This document shows positions 48,731 through 59,152 of a stretch of 64,000 nt of DNA, one piece after another; position 1 is the stretch's first letter, and each line of letters starts with the position of its first letter. The stretch is taken from the IMG/VR virus record IMGVR_UViG_3300035156_000206, positions 124,001 to 188,000 of that record; one strand, 5' to 3'. The position numbers and the translations under genes were made by a program. Under the pieces are notes generated by a model, which was given only the letters and a program-made list of their open reading frames with translations, ran no database searches and was not told the DNA's origin.

Positions 48731-48738
48731 TATAAATA
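48731..48738 (+). promoter_or_regulatory. Late promoter TATAAATA
   Basis: Exact consensus upstream of the ORF at 48770. Confidence 0.75.
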
Positions 48739-48769
48739 ACTTTTATCAACACACATAAGGTTACACTGC

Positions 48770-49084
48770 GTGGATCACTTATCATTTAAAGATTACCTAG
48801 TCTCGAAGGTTCAGCTGAAGAATGCGCTGCACGAGACGCCATACAAGATTGCAACGTACCGCGTCACGAAGTACTGCAAGCTTGAATTGGCAGAGGGAGA
48901 TGAATTGGTATCACTGAAGCCAAACAACGAGCTGATCGTTGAGTGGGTGTATACTGACATGGCGAGCCCAACCATACAGACGGTGGTGCTTATGACCAAA
49001 GAATCTTCCAGCGCCATTGCTGTCAAACGCGATGCTCATAAGCTAACCAAATGGCTCACATCAAATACTGAAGCGGTCGATTAA
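48770..49084 (+). CDS. Hypothetical late protein
   Basis: Late promoter; TAAGG RBS; GTG start; LSFKDYL N-terminus. Confidence 0.65.
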   Translation: MDHLSFKDYLVSKVQLKNALHETPYKIATYRVTKYCKLELAEGDELVSLKPNNELIVEWVYTDMASPTIQTVVLMTKESSSAIAVKRDAHKLTKWLTSNTEAVD

Positions 49085-49794
49085 CGCCCAGCTTTACGTA
49101 CTGTACGAAACACCGCAACAGCACTCTTACGCAGATCGAACTTGTTGTCCGTCGTACGACGGAACAATGCATCTGGAGCACCAAACGTTACACCCAGGCG
49201 ACCACGGCGGATCAGCTCTTGAGTTGCCGTACGGTACTTACCGTCCTCACAAAAGAACAACGCCTGACCATGTTGGGTCAGTTTGTACTTGGTGCCAGAG
49301 AAGAAGAACTGATCTTCTGTATCAACTAGGAACATTGAAGACTTGCGAGTACCTTCTTCGATGCATGTTACCATTGTCGAGGTGATGGTAACGCCACGCT
49401 GTGTTGCTTCTTGCAATCCTTGGCGATATGCTGCCAGAGTCAAGTGGTAGTTCGTATCAATTGGGAACTCTGGAACCATGCTCTCCGGAATGACTAAGTT
49501 CTCGTGGGTGACATCATATGTGTCCATAGGATTCATCCGGGGCACGCGAACATCATCTGGCACTGCGAAGCCATAGTTTGCCAGAATTGCTCGTGCCATC
49601 GATGTAGACTCTACGATGCCCTCACCTGTGCCTGAAGCACCCTTGATAATGAGCATTGGATAGTCCCATCCACTGATCGTGAACTTGTTCTCTGCTACCC
49701 AGGCCTTATCTGCATCTGACACTTTCAGTGTGACCATTCCGCTGGGGAAACGTTTGGCGAAAGTGACACCCAATTTGCATTCCATGTTAGACAT
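49081..49794 (-). CDS. Hypothetical protein
   Basis: AGGAGG RBS before MSNMECK. Confidence 0.7.
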   Translation of the reverse strand: MSNMECKLGVTFAKRFPSGMVTLKVSDADKAWVAENKFTISGWDYPMLIIKGASGTGEGIVESTSMARAILANYGFAVPDDVRVPRMNPMDTYDVTHENLVIPESMVPEFPIDTNYHLTLAAYRQGLQEATQRGVTITSTMVTCIEEGTRKSSMFLVDTEDQFFFSGTKYKLTQHGQALFFCEDGKYRTATQELIRRGRLGVTFGAPDALFRRTTDNKFDLRKSAVAVFRTVRKAGR

Positions 49795-49925
49795 TTTAAG
49801 ACCCTCCTGTTGAGAAATTAAAGAACTAAGTCGATGGGGTGACATTAAAAGTCTTGAACAAAAAAGTAAACAATTATTTTAGATCCCATCGTAAATAAAT
49901 ACAATACATTTTAGGAGTTCCATAC

Positions 49926-52556
49926 ATGGCAACATTCGATACATACGCAGACGCACCATTCCAGATCAAGCGTGAAGGCCAAGAGATTGTCGTGCGACAG
50001 TCCCGCATTAGCCCAACAACAATCCGCATCTCCTGGACACTGCCTTCTGCACTGACATGCAATTTGCCATACTCATACAATGGTGCAATTGTAACCCTCG
50101 CGTCCGACCCAACGGCATTGAGTAAACTGCCCGTAGATGGATCCGTCTATACTGCAGACGCAACGGCAGACTCTGATCTTCACTCTGGCAGCAAGATTGG
50201 CACTGCTAAGGTAGTAGGAGCATTCTATAATGATGTGCTTACAAGCTACGTCGACGTGATGGATGCACCTGAAGGAAAAGCCTTCTATGCTTCTGTGCAT
50301 GCAGTTGACAACGTCAATCGGTATCATACAGATGGTGCACACTCATACTCACTGCCGTACGGTAAAGACATCACTCTAGGTACATCTGGGTACCAAATGA
50401 TCTTCATGGGTGCTAATGGCATCTTTGGTACGACTCCAACTAACCTCGACCCACTGCTGAACTACAATTTCAAGCTGTCTGTTGATGGTACAATGGAAAT
50501 TCCTGTGACGATCTCAGGAGCCGATGCTGACACCTATGACAAGCTGATTACAGCGATCAACACCAAACTGAAGCTGCATGGCGCTGTTGTGCAATCACCA
50601 GAAATGCCTGCTCAAGGTCAATACTGGCTGAATGTCCCTGCTAAAGAACTGAAACAGTGGGATGGAATTAAGTACACAACTATCCCTGGTGTATACTTCG
50701 TAGCTAATGATCCTCTGTCTCCTAATGCTGGAGACTACTGGTACAATCCTACATTAGATCAGCTGAGTGTGTTCAATGCTGGATGGGAAATCAAAGAATT
50801 CCACAATTGGCCTCGTGATCCACGCAACCCGTACTGCAATGATTTCTGGTACGATGGAACTGTCATGCGCAAGTGGAATGGTGGCGCTTGGGTTGTACAA
50901 ACGTTAGTGCACTCAGCAATCGATCCAGCCCTGGCTCCGATCATGACTTGCCACAGCTATTGGGTTCATGATGACAAAGTATATCAGTGGGATGAGAAGA
51001 ATTGCATCTGGGTACTCCAAGTGTCCACACCAACAGCTCCAACTACGCCCACAAGTGGAATGCTCCACCTCGATGCTACCAACCATAAGGTTTACATTTG
51101 GTCTGACATTGATGCCGCGTGGATTGACGTTGGAGCCGTATTCTCTACTATCGACCCTTCGTTAGTAGTCGAGGTTGCACAGAACGTCGTATGGCATGAC
51201 ACAATCGCCAACTTGTTCTTTAACCGCGACGGAACATCATGGGTGCCAGTAAAGTATCTCAAAGGAACGACAAAGCCACAACTGATCACAGATGGTGCAT
51301 TATGGTTCAATAGCACTGACAAGAAGTGGTACAAAATGGCAATGGGTATGTGGATTGTGTTTATCCCAGTCGTAAGCACCGTTACTCCGAACGTTCCACT
51401 GCTAGGTGCTATGTGGTACCAAGCTTCAACTTTTACTCTGTGGAAATTTGATGGGTCTGTATGGGTAAGTGTTCCTTTCTCGACCACGTCTGTCACGCCT
51501 GCTGTTGGCACCGTATGGTACAACACAACAAATGATACTCTGTACACTTGGACAGGAACTATGTGGGCCGTTCGTTTAGCTCCAGCATTGTTCTCGATCA
51601 ATGAGCTAGGTAATATCAAAGTGGAGAGCAGCACCACAGGAAGCAAGTCATCAGCTTGCATTAGCGATCCAGGTACTCTGTGGAATACAGTGTCTCTGAC
51701 GCCAGTTCCACGTCCTCAGCAGCCAATGAAGGGTACGGATCCACTGTCAAGTGTTCCAGCATACCAGCAGGCTGGTGTAGGCACAGACGGAAGTCAGGAC
51801 GAGCGTCGTGCATTAGTATCACGTATCAAGTCAGCATTGGGATACCCAGTGATGCAAGTAGAACTGACAAAGGACCAAATTGACATGGCGATTGACATGG
51901 CTCTGGAGAAATTGCGTGCAATTAGCTCAGCGCCGTACCGTCGCGGATACTTCGCTCTCGATTTGCAACCACGCGTACAGAAATACATCCTGACTAATGA
52001 GACTGTTGGACACAACAAGATCGTGGACGTGCTTTACGTATACCGTCCTTCGGCTTCGTACTTGAGCACTGCTGCAGGCAATGACGTGTATGGTCAGATG
52101 ATGATCCAGAGCCTGTTCACTATGGGCAAGTTTGACCTGCTGAGTCACCACATGATGACTCAATACACAGAAACAATGCGCCAAGTATTTGCTACAGAGA
52201 TCCAACACTCATGGGATGAACATGCCCGTGCGCTGACGATTTACAAAGACCTGCCACGTGCTGAGAAGGTTCTGGTAGATGCAATGGTGGAGCGTACTGA
52301 GCAAGACCTGATGTCAGACCGTTGGACTCGCCCATGGATACAAAAGTACGCTACAGCACAATGCCGCTACATGTTGTCAGAAATTCGCGGTAAGTTCTCT
52401 ACCTTACCAGGTGCTGGTGGTGCAGTAACACTGAATGCTGCTGATCTGCGTAGTGCCGGTGACAAAGAGATTCAAGAATGTATCGAAGACGTCGACAACT
52501 ATGTGGTTGGTGGTAAGACAGAATTTGGTATGGCATCAGACTTCGTTTTAGGATAA
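49926..52556 (+). CDS. Neck protein (gp13-like C-terminus) with large N-terminal Trp-repeat extension
   Basis: C-terminal IKSALGYPVMQVELTKDQI...RGKFSTLPGAGGAVTLNA; about 10 PxxGxxWYN...W repeats. Confidence 0.85.
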   Translation: MATFDTYADAPFQIKREGQEIVVRQSRISPTTIRISWTLPSALTCNLPYSYNGAIVTLASDPTALSKLPVDGSVYTADATADSDLHSGSKIGTAKVVGAFYNDVLTSYVDVMDAPEGKAFYASVHAVDNVNRYHTDGAHSYSLPYGKDITLGTSGYQMIFMGANGIFGTTPTNLDPLLNYNFKLSVDGTMEIPVTISGADADTYDKLITAINTKLKLHGAVVQSPEMPAQGQYWLNVPAKELKQWDGIKYTTIPGVYFVANDPLSPNAGDYWYNPTLDQLSVFNAGWEIKEFHNWPRDPRNPYCNDFWYDGTVMRKWNGGAWVVQTLVHSAIDPALAPIMTCHSYWVHDDKVYQWDEKNCIWVLQVSTPTAPTTPTSGMLHLDATNHKVYIWSDIDAAWIDVGAVFSTIDPSLVVEVAQNVVWHDTIANLFFNRDGTSWVPVKYLKGTTKPQLITDGALWFNSTDKKWYKMAMGMWIVFIPVVSTVTPNVPLLGAMWYQASTFTLWKFDGSVWVSVPFSTTSVTPAVGTVWYNTTNDTLYTWTGTMWAVRLAPALFSINELGNIKVESSTTGSKSSACISDPGTLWNTVSLTPVPRPQQPMKGTDPLSSVPAYQQAGVGTDGSQDERRALVSRIKSALGYPVMQVELTKDQIDMAIDMALEKLRAISSAPYRRGYFALDLQPRVQKYILTNETVGHNKIVDVLYVYRPSASYLSTAAGNDVYGQMMIQSLFTMGKFDLLSHHMMTQYTETMRQVFATEIQHSWDEHARALTIYKDLPRAEKVLVDAMVERTEQDLMSDRWTRPWIQKYATAQCRYMLSEIRGKFSTLPGAGGAVTLNAADLRSAGDKEIQECIEDVDNYVVGGKTEFGMASDFVLG

Positions 52557-52559
52557 CCA

Positions 52560-54107
52560 ATGATTAATGATGAATGCAAAGACTACGGTCTAGGCCCACT
52601 GCGAAACCCAGATTGCACTACGTTTGATCTGGGGAGTAGCGACACCACAGTAATGGATCACTACGGTAATGAGCAGTTGCTCATTGCTGGTGCTGACATT
52701 AACGTGTTCAAGCTGTTGGGCGTTCACGACCAAGGAAAACTAACAGACGTCACTGGACGAGGTATTGCCATCTCCAGTGGTGCGCAACCAACGTACGAAG
52801 CCGCCAATGTGTTCGATCTGAATACATGTGGTGAGTGGCGTTCACTTGCTCGTGGCCCTGAAGTGTTACAGAAAGCCTATATTGGCTACAACTTCGGAGA
52901 CATCAAACTTGCCAATGGCCGCCTTCAGTACGGAGTGGAGACTTACGTCCAATACAATATCGACCGCATCCGCATCCAACAAGGTGAGCAAAAGATCAAC
53001 CGTGCCACTAAAGCTCGCGTGGAACATTCAGTTGATGGTGTAACCTGGCGTGGAGCGGCTGTTATAGCGCTTCCAGACGATGCACAACCGCATACAATCA
53101 CATTCGCGATGTCTGTTCGCGCAAAATATTGGAGACTGCGTCCTCTCGCGTTTAACGGCGGTCCTACCGATTTTTGGACTGTACGCGCTGTTGACTTGAT
53201 TGAGGCTGGTGCCACATCCCTAAGTAACGTGCAGGATGATTGGGGATTGCTAGAAAACCGTGATCGTGAATACTCAAAGACCAGCATCCGTCTGAAGGCT
53301 ACATATGACTTGGTGGACATTCAAACTATGTTGGCTCGCTTCGGCATGGAAACCACAGATGAATTTACATTGCAGTTCCACTTCCTGTCGATGGTAGCAA
53401 TGCTTGGTCGTCCTCTGGTGATTGGTGACATTCTGGAGATCCCTAGTCAAGTGCAGTACGGTGCAGATATGGTACCTGTTAAGAAGTACCTGAGTGTTAC
53501 ACAAACTGCTTGGGCCGTTGGTGGATTTACGCCTGGATGGAAGCCAACGATCCTGAAGGTGGTTGCTGCCCCAATTATGGCTACACAAGAGACGATGGAT
53601 GTTATGGGCGACTTCTCGGGTGCTCGTGATATGACTGGCTTCCTTGATATGGACACTTCGAAGTACAACAATATGGCTGAAGAGCTCACGATGAAGTCAG
53701 ATGCTATGTCGCGTGAGCTGGTACCCGAACGTGGTGAAGACGATACGGGCGCTGCTGTAATTGATCCAGAAGTAATCGAGATTGCCAACTTCAACGGACT
53801 CGATATTGAGAAGTTGTCGCACCCTACTACCAATTTGGGATATGTGCATGATGCGATGCCTCCAGGTGGTGCAGATTACACAGAAGGTGATGTAAGACCA
53901 GCTTCTCCTAAGGATGGTGACTATCACCGTCTGACATACACCAACATTGACGCTGATATCCCAACGCGTCTGTATCGTTGGTCATTGAAGAAGAATAAGT
54001 GGATCTATCTGGAAACAGACGATCGCAAAACAAACACAGTGCACAGCGCAAGGATCAATGAATTCTTGAGCAGCCCAACCCGTTCAAATTTTGGAGACAT
54101 TAAGTAA
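52560..54107 (+). CDS. Neck protein (gp14-like) with discoidin/F5-8-like insertion
   Basis: GLLENRDREYS, LARFG, LGRPLVIGDILEIP; insertion VEHSVDGVTW...AKYWRL. Confidence 0.75.
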   Translation: MINDECKDYGLGPLRNPDCTTFDLGSSDTTVMDHYGNEQLLIAGADINVFKLLGVHDQGKLTDVTGRGIAISSGAQPTYEAANVFDLNTCGEWRSLARGPEVLQKAYIGYNFGDIKLANGRLQYGVETYVQYNIDRIRIQQGEQKINRATKARVEHSVDGVTWRGAAVIALPDDAQPHTITFAMSVRAKYWRLRPLAFNGGPTDFWTVRAVDLIEAGATSLSNVQDDWGLLENRDREYSKTSIRLKATYDLVDIQTMLARFGMETTDEFTLQFHFLSMVAMLGRPLVIGDILEIPSQVQYGADMVPVKKYLSVTQTAWAVGGFTPGWKPTILKVVAAPIMATQETMDVMGDFSGARDMTGFLDMDTSKYNNMAEELTMKSDAMSRELVPERGEDDTGAAVIDPEVIEIANFNGLDIEKLSHPTTNLGYVHDAMPPGGADYTEGDVRPASPKDGDYHRLTYTNIDADIPTRLYRWSLKKNKWIYLETDDRKTNTVHSARINEFLSSPTRSNFGDIK

Positions 54108-54856
54108 TGCTACCATACTACTATGACAACCAGTTCAAGAAATACATCGTCCAATTCATGACGATCTTTTCAGGACTGCAAGTATCAGTCGGAACAGGTG
54201 AGAATGCTCGCCTGATCTCAGTACCAATTCACTTCGCTCAAATGGACCGTGTGGCCGCATCCATTAAAGCTGGTGGAACATCCAACAAACCATTGCGCTT
54301 GCCAGTGATGAGTGTAGACGTTGCAGGCATCCGTCAGGATCCTCTGAGCCACGTTGGTCTCAATCAAACTTACAGCCAGACGTATCTGCCAGAGGGTGGA
54401 TTCTTTGCAGAAGACGTCAAGACCCTGAAACGTCTTCGTCCAGCTGTGTACCAGTTAGATCTCGATCTTGCCATCTGGACAAGCAATACGGACCAGCACT
54501 TCCAGATCATGGAACAGCTTCTGTCAATCTTCAACCCATCACTACAGATCCAAACAAGTGACGATCGTTTCGACTGGACGAAGATTACAACTGTAGAGCT
54601 GAATGGAATCAATGTCAACAGTAACTTCCCTATCGGAACTGCTCAACGCATTGTGATGGCTAACCTTTCATTCTCGTTGCCAGTGTATATGTCTGCACCA
54701 GCAAACCTGAAAGATGAGTTCGTGCGTGACATTTTTGTTCGCTTGGCGGTTGTAGACCAAGCTGATAACCTGGCAGCAGCACTATCTGAGCTGGAAGAGG
54801 AAGATGCACCAGCATTTAAAGTGGCATCTGCAGACGACTTGATTCCACCTGTTTAA
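54107..54856 (+). CDS. Tail sheath stabiliser/terminator (T4 gp15-like)
   Basis: YYYDNQFKKYIVQFMTIFS, RLPVMS, QIMEQLLSIFNPS. Confidence 0.88.
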   Translation: MLPYYYDNQFKKYIVQFMTIFSGLQVSVGTGENARLISVPIHFAQMDRVAASIKAGGTSNKPLRLPVMSVDVAGIRQDPLSHVGLNQTYSQTYLPEGGFFAEDVKTLKRLRPAVYQLDLDLAIWTSNTDQHFQIMEQLLSIFNPSLQIQTSDDRFDWTKITTVELNGINVNSNFPIGTAQRIVMANLSFSLPVYMSAPANLKDEFVRDIFVRLAVVDQADNLAAALSELEEEDAPAFKVASADDLIPPV

Positions 54857-55030
54857 ACGCATTTCATGCGGTGCTCATACGGGGATCGCATGAAAATCTG
54901 CATGTTTCGATCCAGCCCCACTAAATAATAGCATAACACTTGCGTGTATGTAACGGATCGCACCATTATGTATTAAGAGACCGAATGATTTGGTCTACGT
55001 TTTAAAAACCGCAAACTTAGGAGAATTAAT

Positions 55031-57118
55031 ATGGCAAATTTGGTTTCACCAGGCGTATCTGTTACGGTCACTGACGAGTCGTTCTACGTCCCGGCCTCCG
55101 CCCCAACAGTACCACTGATCTTCATTGCCACAGCAGACGAAAAATTACAACCGAATGGCATTACTCCTGCCGCGGGTACGTTCGAATCTAATGTGGTTCG
55201 CACGATCACCTCGCTTCAGCAAAGCACCCAGATGTATGGTATCCCAGTTTTCAAAGAAGACTACACAGGGAAGCCATTGCACGGTGACGCACGTAATGAA
55301 CAAGGTCTGTTAACGCTGAACAAGTTCCTCGGACTTGGTAGCTCAGCCTTCGTTGTTCGTGCCAATGTCAACTTGAATGATGACACAGAAGATGTAGCGG
55401 GTAAGTGGGCTGACAAAATGCAGACTGCAAGCTTCGTGCTGCAGAACTACATCACTTCGTTCCTGGACGAATATAACACATTGAATGGTTACACGCCTTT
55501 TAGCTCAAGCTATAAGACAACTGTGACTCAGTCGGAGTTAGTGTACTTGACTAACAAGGCAACTGCCGAACTGTTCGCACTGTACACATTCAAGAACGCT
55601 AAGGCGGACTTTTTTGACAACAACCTGGGCAATGAAGTAAGCACAGCCGGTAGTCAAGCAGTAAGCTTCGGTGGTAGTATCACTGACGGTACAGCTGCAA
55701 CTGGTCTGGCAGCACAAGTTTACACTGCTACGGTACGTGTAGATGGCGTGAACAAGGCAATCTCGATTAGTGGTTCTGTAGCAACAACGTACAATGCTCT
55801 GATTACAGAAATCAACAACGACCTGGGTCTGTCGGCTACTGCTGTTCTGGCTGATGGGAATATCAAGATCACGAGCGAGACTGTTGGTTCAGCTTCGAAA
55901 GTTCTGATCACTGACACTGACCTGTTTGCTTCGGTCGAAGGTTTTGTTTCACTGTATCTGCCAACAGATGGTTCATTAGCAGATGCCCCACTGCCAGTAT
56001 TTGGTAATGGTTTCAGTCAGCCACCAACCGGTTCGTACTTAGGTTTCGAAGGTATGGCTATGGAATGGGTTGATACTCACCCAACGGATTCTGGTGTTTC
56101 GGAATTCACGGCAGAAGATGCTGCTGAGCTCCTGCTGGATGCTGCTGATGAGTACTCACTGACTGTCGAGTTCCTGAACAAGACAAGCTTGGGTGCAAAC
56201 GATGCTGCTCGTCGTGTTTCGATCGTAACAGCCCTGGCTGCATTGATCAACAGTAACACAGATGTACGTTCGGAGCGTTTCGAGTACAACCTGATCATGT
56301 GCCCTGGCTTCCCAGAAGTCGTTGACGAGATGGTTGCCCTGGCACAAGAGATCGGTGAAGAAGCATTCGTAGTTGCTGACATGCCAATGCTGTTAAGCCC
56401 AGAAGCTGCTGCAACTTGGGGTACTTCGTCTGACCGTGTTCGCGGTACAAACGTTGCGTACTACTACCCAGGTGCTTTGACTTCGAACCTGGACGGTAAG
56501 GATGTGTATTCGTCATCAGTGGCTGTTGCGCTGCGTACGATCACAAACAGCGACAACGTGAGCAAGATTCACTTTGCTCCAGCTGGTCCACGTCGTGGTC
56601 TGGTTACTGGTTTCTCGAAAATGGGTTACCTGACTGGCACACCTGGAACACCAACCACATTCATCGAGACAAACCTGAATGTTGGACAACGTAACAATCT
56701 GTACCAGTACACAAACAACATCAACCCAATTACCGAGATCCCAGGTCGCGGCATTATGGTGATGGGTCAGAAAACATCGGCTGTTGCTGCATCTGCCATG
56801 GACCGTATCAATGTTGTTCGTATGTTGGCTGATCTGCGTCGTAGCCTGCGCAAGACTGCATTCTCGTACCTGTTCGAACCTAACGATCAAATCACTCGTG
56901 ATAATCTGAAGTCGGCAGTTGATGGTGTTCTGTCTAACCTGATGGTTGAGCGTGGCCTGTACGATTACGTCACCGTGTGTGACGCGTCTAACAACGATGG
57001 TGTTCGCATCGACCGTAACGAGCTGTATATCGATATCGCGCTGAAGCCTGTGCGTGCAGTCGAATTCATCTACGTGCCGATCCGTGTGTTGAGCACTGGC
57101 GCTACATTAGCAAATTAA
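55031..57118 (+). CDS. Tail sheath protein (T4 gp18-like)
   Basis: LVSPGVSVTVTDES, FAPAGPRRG, GQKT, DRINVVR, LFEPND, IDRNELYIDI..KP.RAVEFIY. Confidence 0.97.
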   Translation: MANLVSPGVSVTVTDESFYVPASAPTVPLIFIATADEKLQPNGITPAAGTFESNVVRTITSLQQSTQMYGIPVFKEDYTGKPLHGDARNEQGLLTLNKFLGLGSSAFVVRANVNLNDDTEDVAGKWADKMQTASFVLQNYITSFLDEYNTLNGYTPFSSSYKTTVTQSELVYLTNKATAELFALYTFKNAKADFFDNNLGNEVSTAGSQAVSFGGSITDGTAATGLAAQVYTATVRVDGVNKAISISGSVATTYNALITEINNDLGLSATAVLADGNIKITSETVGSASKVLITDTDLFASVEGFVSLYLPTDGSLADAPLPVFGNGFSQPPTGSYLGFEGMAMEWVDTHPTDSGVSEFTAEDAAELLLDAADEYSLTVEFLNKTSLGANDAARRVSIVTALAALINSNTDVRSERFEYNLIMCPGFPEVVDEMVALAQEIGEEAFVVADMPMLLSPEAAATWGTSSDRVRGTNVAYYYPGALTSNLDGKDVYSSSVAVALRTITNSDNVSKIHFAPAGPRRGLVTGFSKMGYLTGTPGTPTTFIETNLNVGQRNNLYQYTNNINPITEIPGRGIMVMGQKTSAVAASAMDRINVVRMLADLRRSLRKTAFSYLFEPNDQITRDNLKSAVDGVLSNLMVERGLYDYVTVCDASNNDGVRIDRNELYIDIALKPVRAVEFIYVPIRVLSTGATLAN

Positions 57119-57182
57119 TTGGCGGGCCCCTTTGGGGGCCCACTAAATACAACAAACGAATTTCGATCGGAAGGATATAGAA

Positions 57183-57776
57183 ATGGCAAATATTAACGAC
57201 ATGGGTCTCCCGTTACCAGGTGGTTCTGGAATGGGCATCTTGCACCCAAAGCTGAAAAAGAACTTCATGGTTCAATTCATCAACATCGGCTTTGTAGGCT
57301 CGCGTGACCTGTCAATGCAAGCAATCTCAGTAACGCGTCCTAAGGTCTCGTTTGCTGAAGTAGAACTACACCGCTACAACTCGATCTCATGGTATGCTGG
57401 TAAGCAATCGTATGAGCCACTGTCGATCGTTATCCAAGATAACTACTCGAACGGTGCAACTCGTATCATCCAGTCACAACTTGAGCGTCAACAAAAACTG
57501 ATTGGTGCTGATAGTGGTCCTTTCCTGGCTACTGCTCCAGATGGTAACACGTACAAATTCGCTGTCAAGCTGACCCAGCTGGATGGTGGTACGCAAGTAC
57601 TGGAAGAGTGGAACTATGAAGGTTGCTTCATCCAAGCAGCCGACTACGATACAGTGGAATACTCATCGAGCGATCCTGTGACGATTACATTGACGATTCG
57701 TTTCGACAATGCGTTCCAAGTGTTTGGTGCTACTCCATCAAGTGGTCAGTCACTGGGCGGTAACGCTCCACGCTAA
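57183..57776 (+). CDS. Tail tube protein (T4 gp19-like)
   Basis: VTRPKVSF, YAGKQSYEP, W.YEGCF, ITLTIRFDNA; follows the sheath gene. Confidence 0.92.
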   Translation: MANINDMGLPLPGGSGMGILHPKLKKNFMVQFINIGFVGSRDLSMQAISVTRPKVSFAEVELHRYNSISWYAGKQSYEPLSIVIQDNYSNGATRIIQSQLERQQKLIGADSGPFLATAPDGNTYKFAVKLTQLDGGTQVLEEWNYEGCFIQAADYDTVEYSSSDPVTITLTIRFDNAFQVFGATPSSGQSLGGNAPR

Positions 57777-57796
57777 TCTGATTAGCAACCTAAGTC

Positions 57797-57824
57797 AAAG
57801 CCGCCTCGTGCGGCTTTTTCTTTT
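57797..57824 (+). terminator. Rho-independent terminator
   Basis: aaagccgc-ctcgt-gcggcttttt. Confidence 0.75.
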
Positions 57825-57868
57825 GGTGGTGGCGGCCATAAATAATACACACGAAAAGGGTCACACAT

Positions 57869-59152
57869 ATGTCATTACTAGACGAGTTCATTAAATCAGG
57901 CATTGGTACTGCAAACCAAACAATCACGGAGACGAGATCCAACACATCACGTAAGCTCCAAGGCTTCGTTATGGGTGCTTTGCCACGGACCAACCGCATC
58001 CCAGGTCCCCTTGGTGGATTCGCGGAGAGTCTGACAGGTAATATCACAGGCAAAGTTGGTGATGGCCTTAAGCAGGTATTCGATGCTGTTGGGGTGCCCT
58101 TTGATACTAAGGTCAAGCTAGTCAACGAGCGTGTGTACAACAACGGTGTGGCAGCAGCTCAAAATGTGTGGCACCAGATCGACTCTGGTGAATATAAAGT
58201 AGGCGATATTGTAGCAGGTGCTCAAGAACCTCTCACATTGCTGAAGTATAGCCATGACACTATGCCACCAGACGATGTGACAGCTCCTCTCGAATCAAAT
58301 GCATCACACCCAACTCCATATGCAATGGACTTGTTCCGCTTGGCACCAAAGCACAAATTCCTATTCGTAGTTGAGTTCGTATTCAATGGTGGTTACGACT
58401 TCATTGGTTCCGGCCAACGCAGCAAGAATGACTTTGCGGTTGTGATTAAAGAGTTTGACCGTCCAAAGGTAAAATACGAGCATGAGCCTGATGTAAACTT
58501 CTACAACTTCCGCTCGTCTGTGGTCAAACGCGTAATACATGACACGCTAACAATTAAGTTCCTGGATGACCGTCAAAATCTTGCCATGACGTTCTTCCAC
58601 AAGTATATGAAGGCGACTCACCCAATTACTTCAGTGGAAGCGGGTAGCGCTGCGTTTTACGAGGATAACGGCATGAATTTCGCTAGCAATATCAACTCGT
58701 CTTCGACTGGAGTGCTAGAGAACAACCTCAAGACCATCCTCAAAGAAATCAAAGTATACCACCTGTATGACTTTGGTGCGATGATGAATGTGCACCACTT
58801 TACCAATCCAAAGATTGTATCGATCGAGCACGACAACTGGGATATGTCTGACTCCAATGGCAGCAGCATCAATTCACAGTTTACCTACGATTCGTGGAAT
58901 ATGGAACTGGGCATTAAAGTTGCAGCCGATGAAGCATCTCTGTTGGGTACATTGTCGAACTCAGGTAAGTATCAACTGCGTCCAATGCAGACTCCTCCAC
59001 CGGGCGATCACGCTGGTGTTAATCAGGATGCTGGACCAGAATCAACAATCCGTGAGTCATTGGGCAACAACGAGCGCCTGGTCACAGCTACTGAGATTGA
59101 ACTGGCAGAAGCTACGCGCCGTGCTGGCGTGAACCCAGGAGACTTATTCTAA
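57869..59152 (+). CDS. Tail-tube-fold paralog (tube initiator/gp54-like)
   Basis: PKHKFLFVVEF, DRPKV, LTIKFLDD, NPKIVSIEHD, FTYD. Confidence 0.7.
   Translation: MSLLDEFIKSGIGTANQTITETRSNTSRKLQGFVMGALPRTNRIPGPLGGFAESLTGNITGKVGDGLKQVFDAVGVPFDTKVKLVNERVYNNGVAAAQNVWHQIDSGEYKVGDIVAGAQEPLTLLKYSHDTMPPDDVTAPLESNASHPTPYAMDLFRLAPKHKFLFVVEFVFNGGYDFIGSGQRSKNDFAVVIKEFDRPKVKYEHEPDVNFYNFRSSVVKRVIHDTLTIKFLDDRQNLAMTFFHKYMKATHPITSVEAGSAAFYEDNGMNFASNINSSSTGVLENNLKTILKEIKVYHLYDFGAMMNVHHFTNPKIVSIEHDNWDMSDSNGSSINSQFTYDSWNMELGIKVAADEASLLGTLSNSGKYQLRPMQTPPPGDHAGVNQDAGPESTIRESLGNNERLVTATEIELAEATRRAGVNPGDLF

Noticed and set aside
50600-51570. Trp repeats as diversity-generating retroelement template/variable repeats
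   Set aside because: Repeats are similar only at the protein level, show no adenine-specific DNA pairs, and no reverse transcriptase is present
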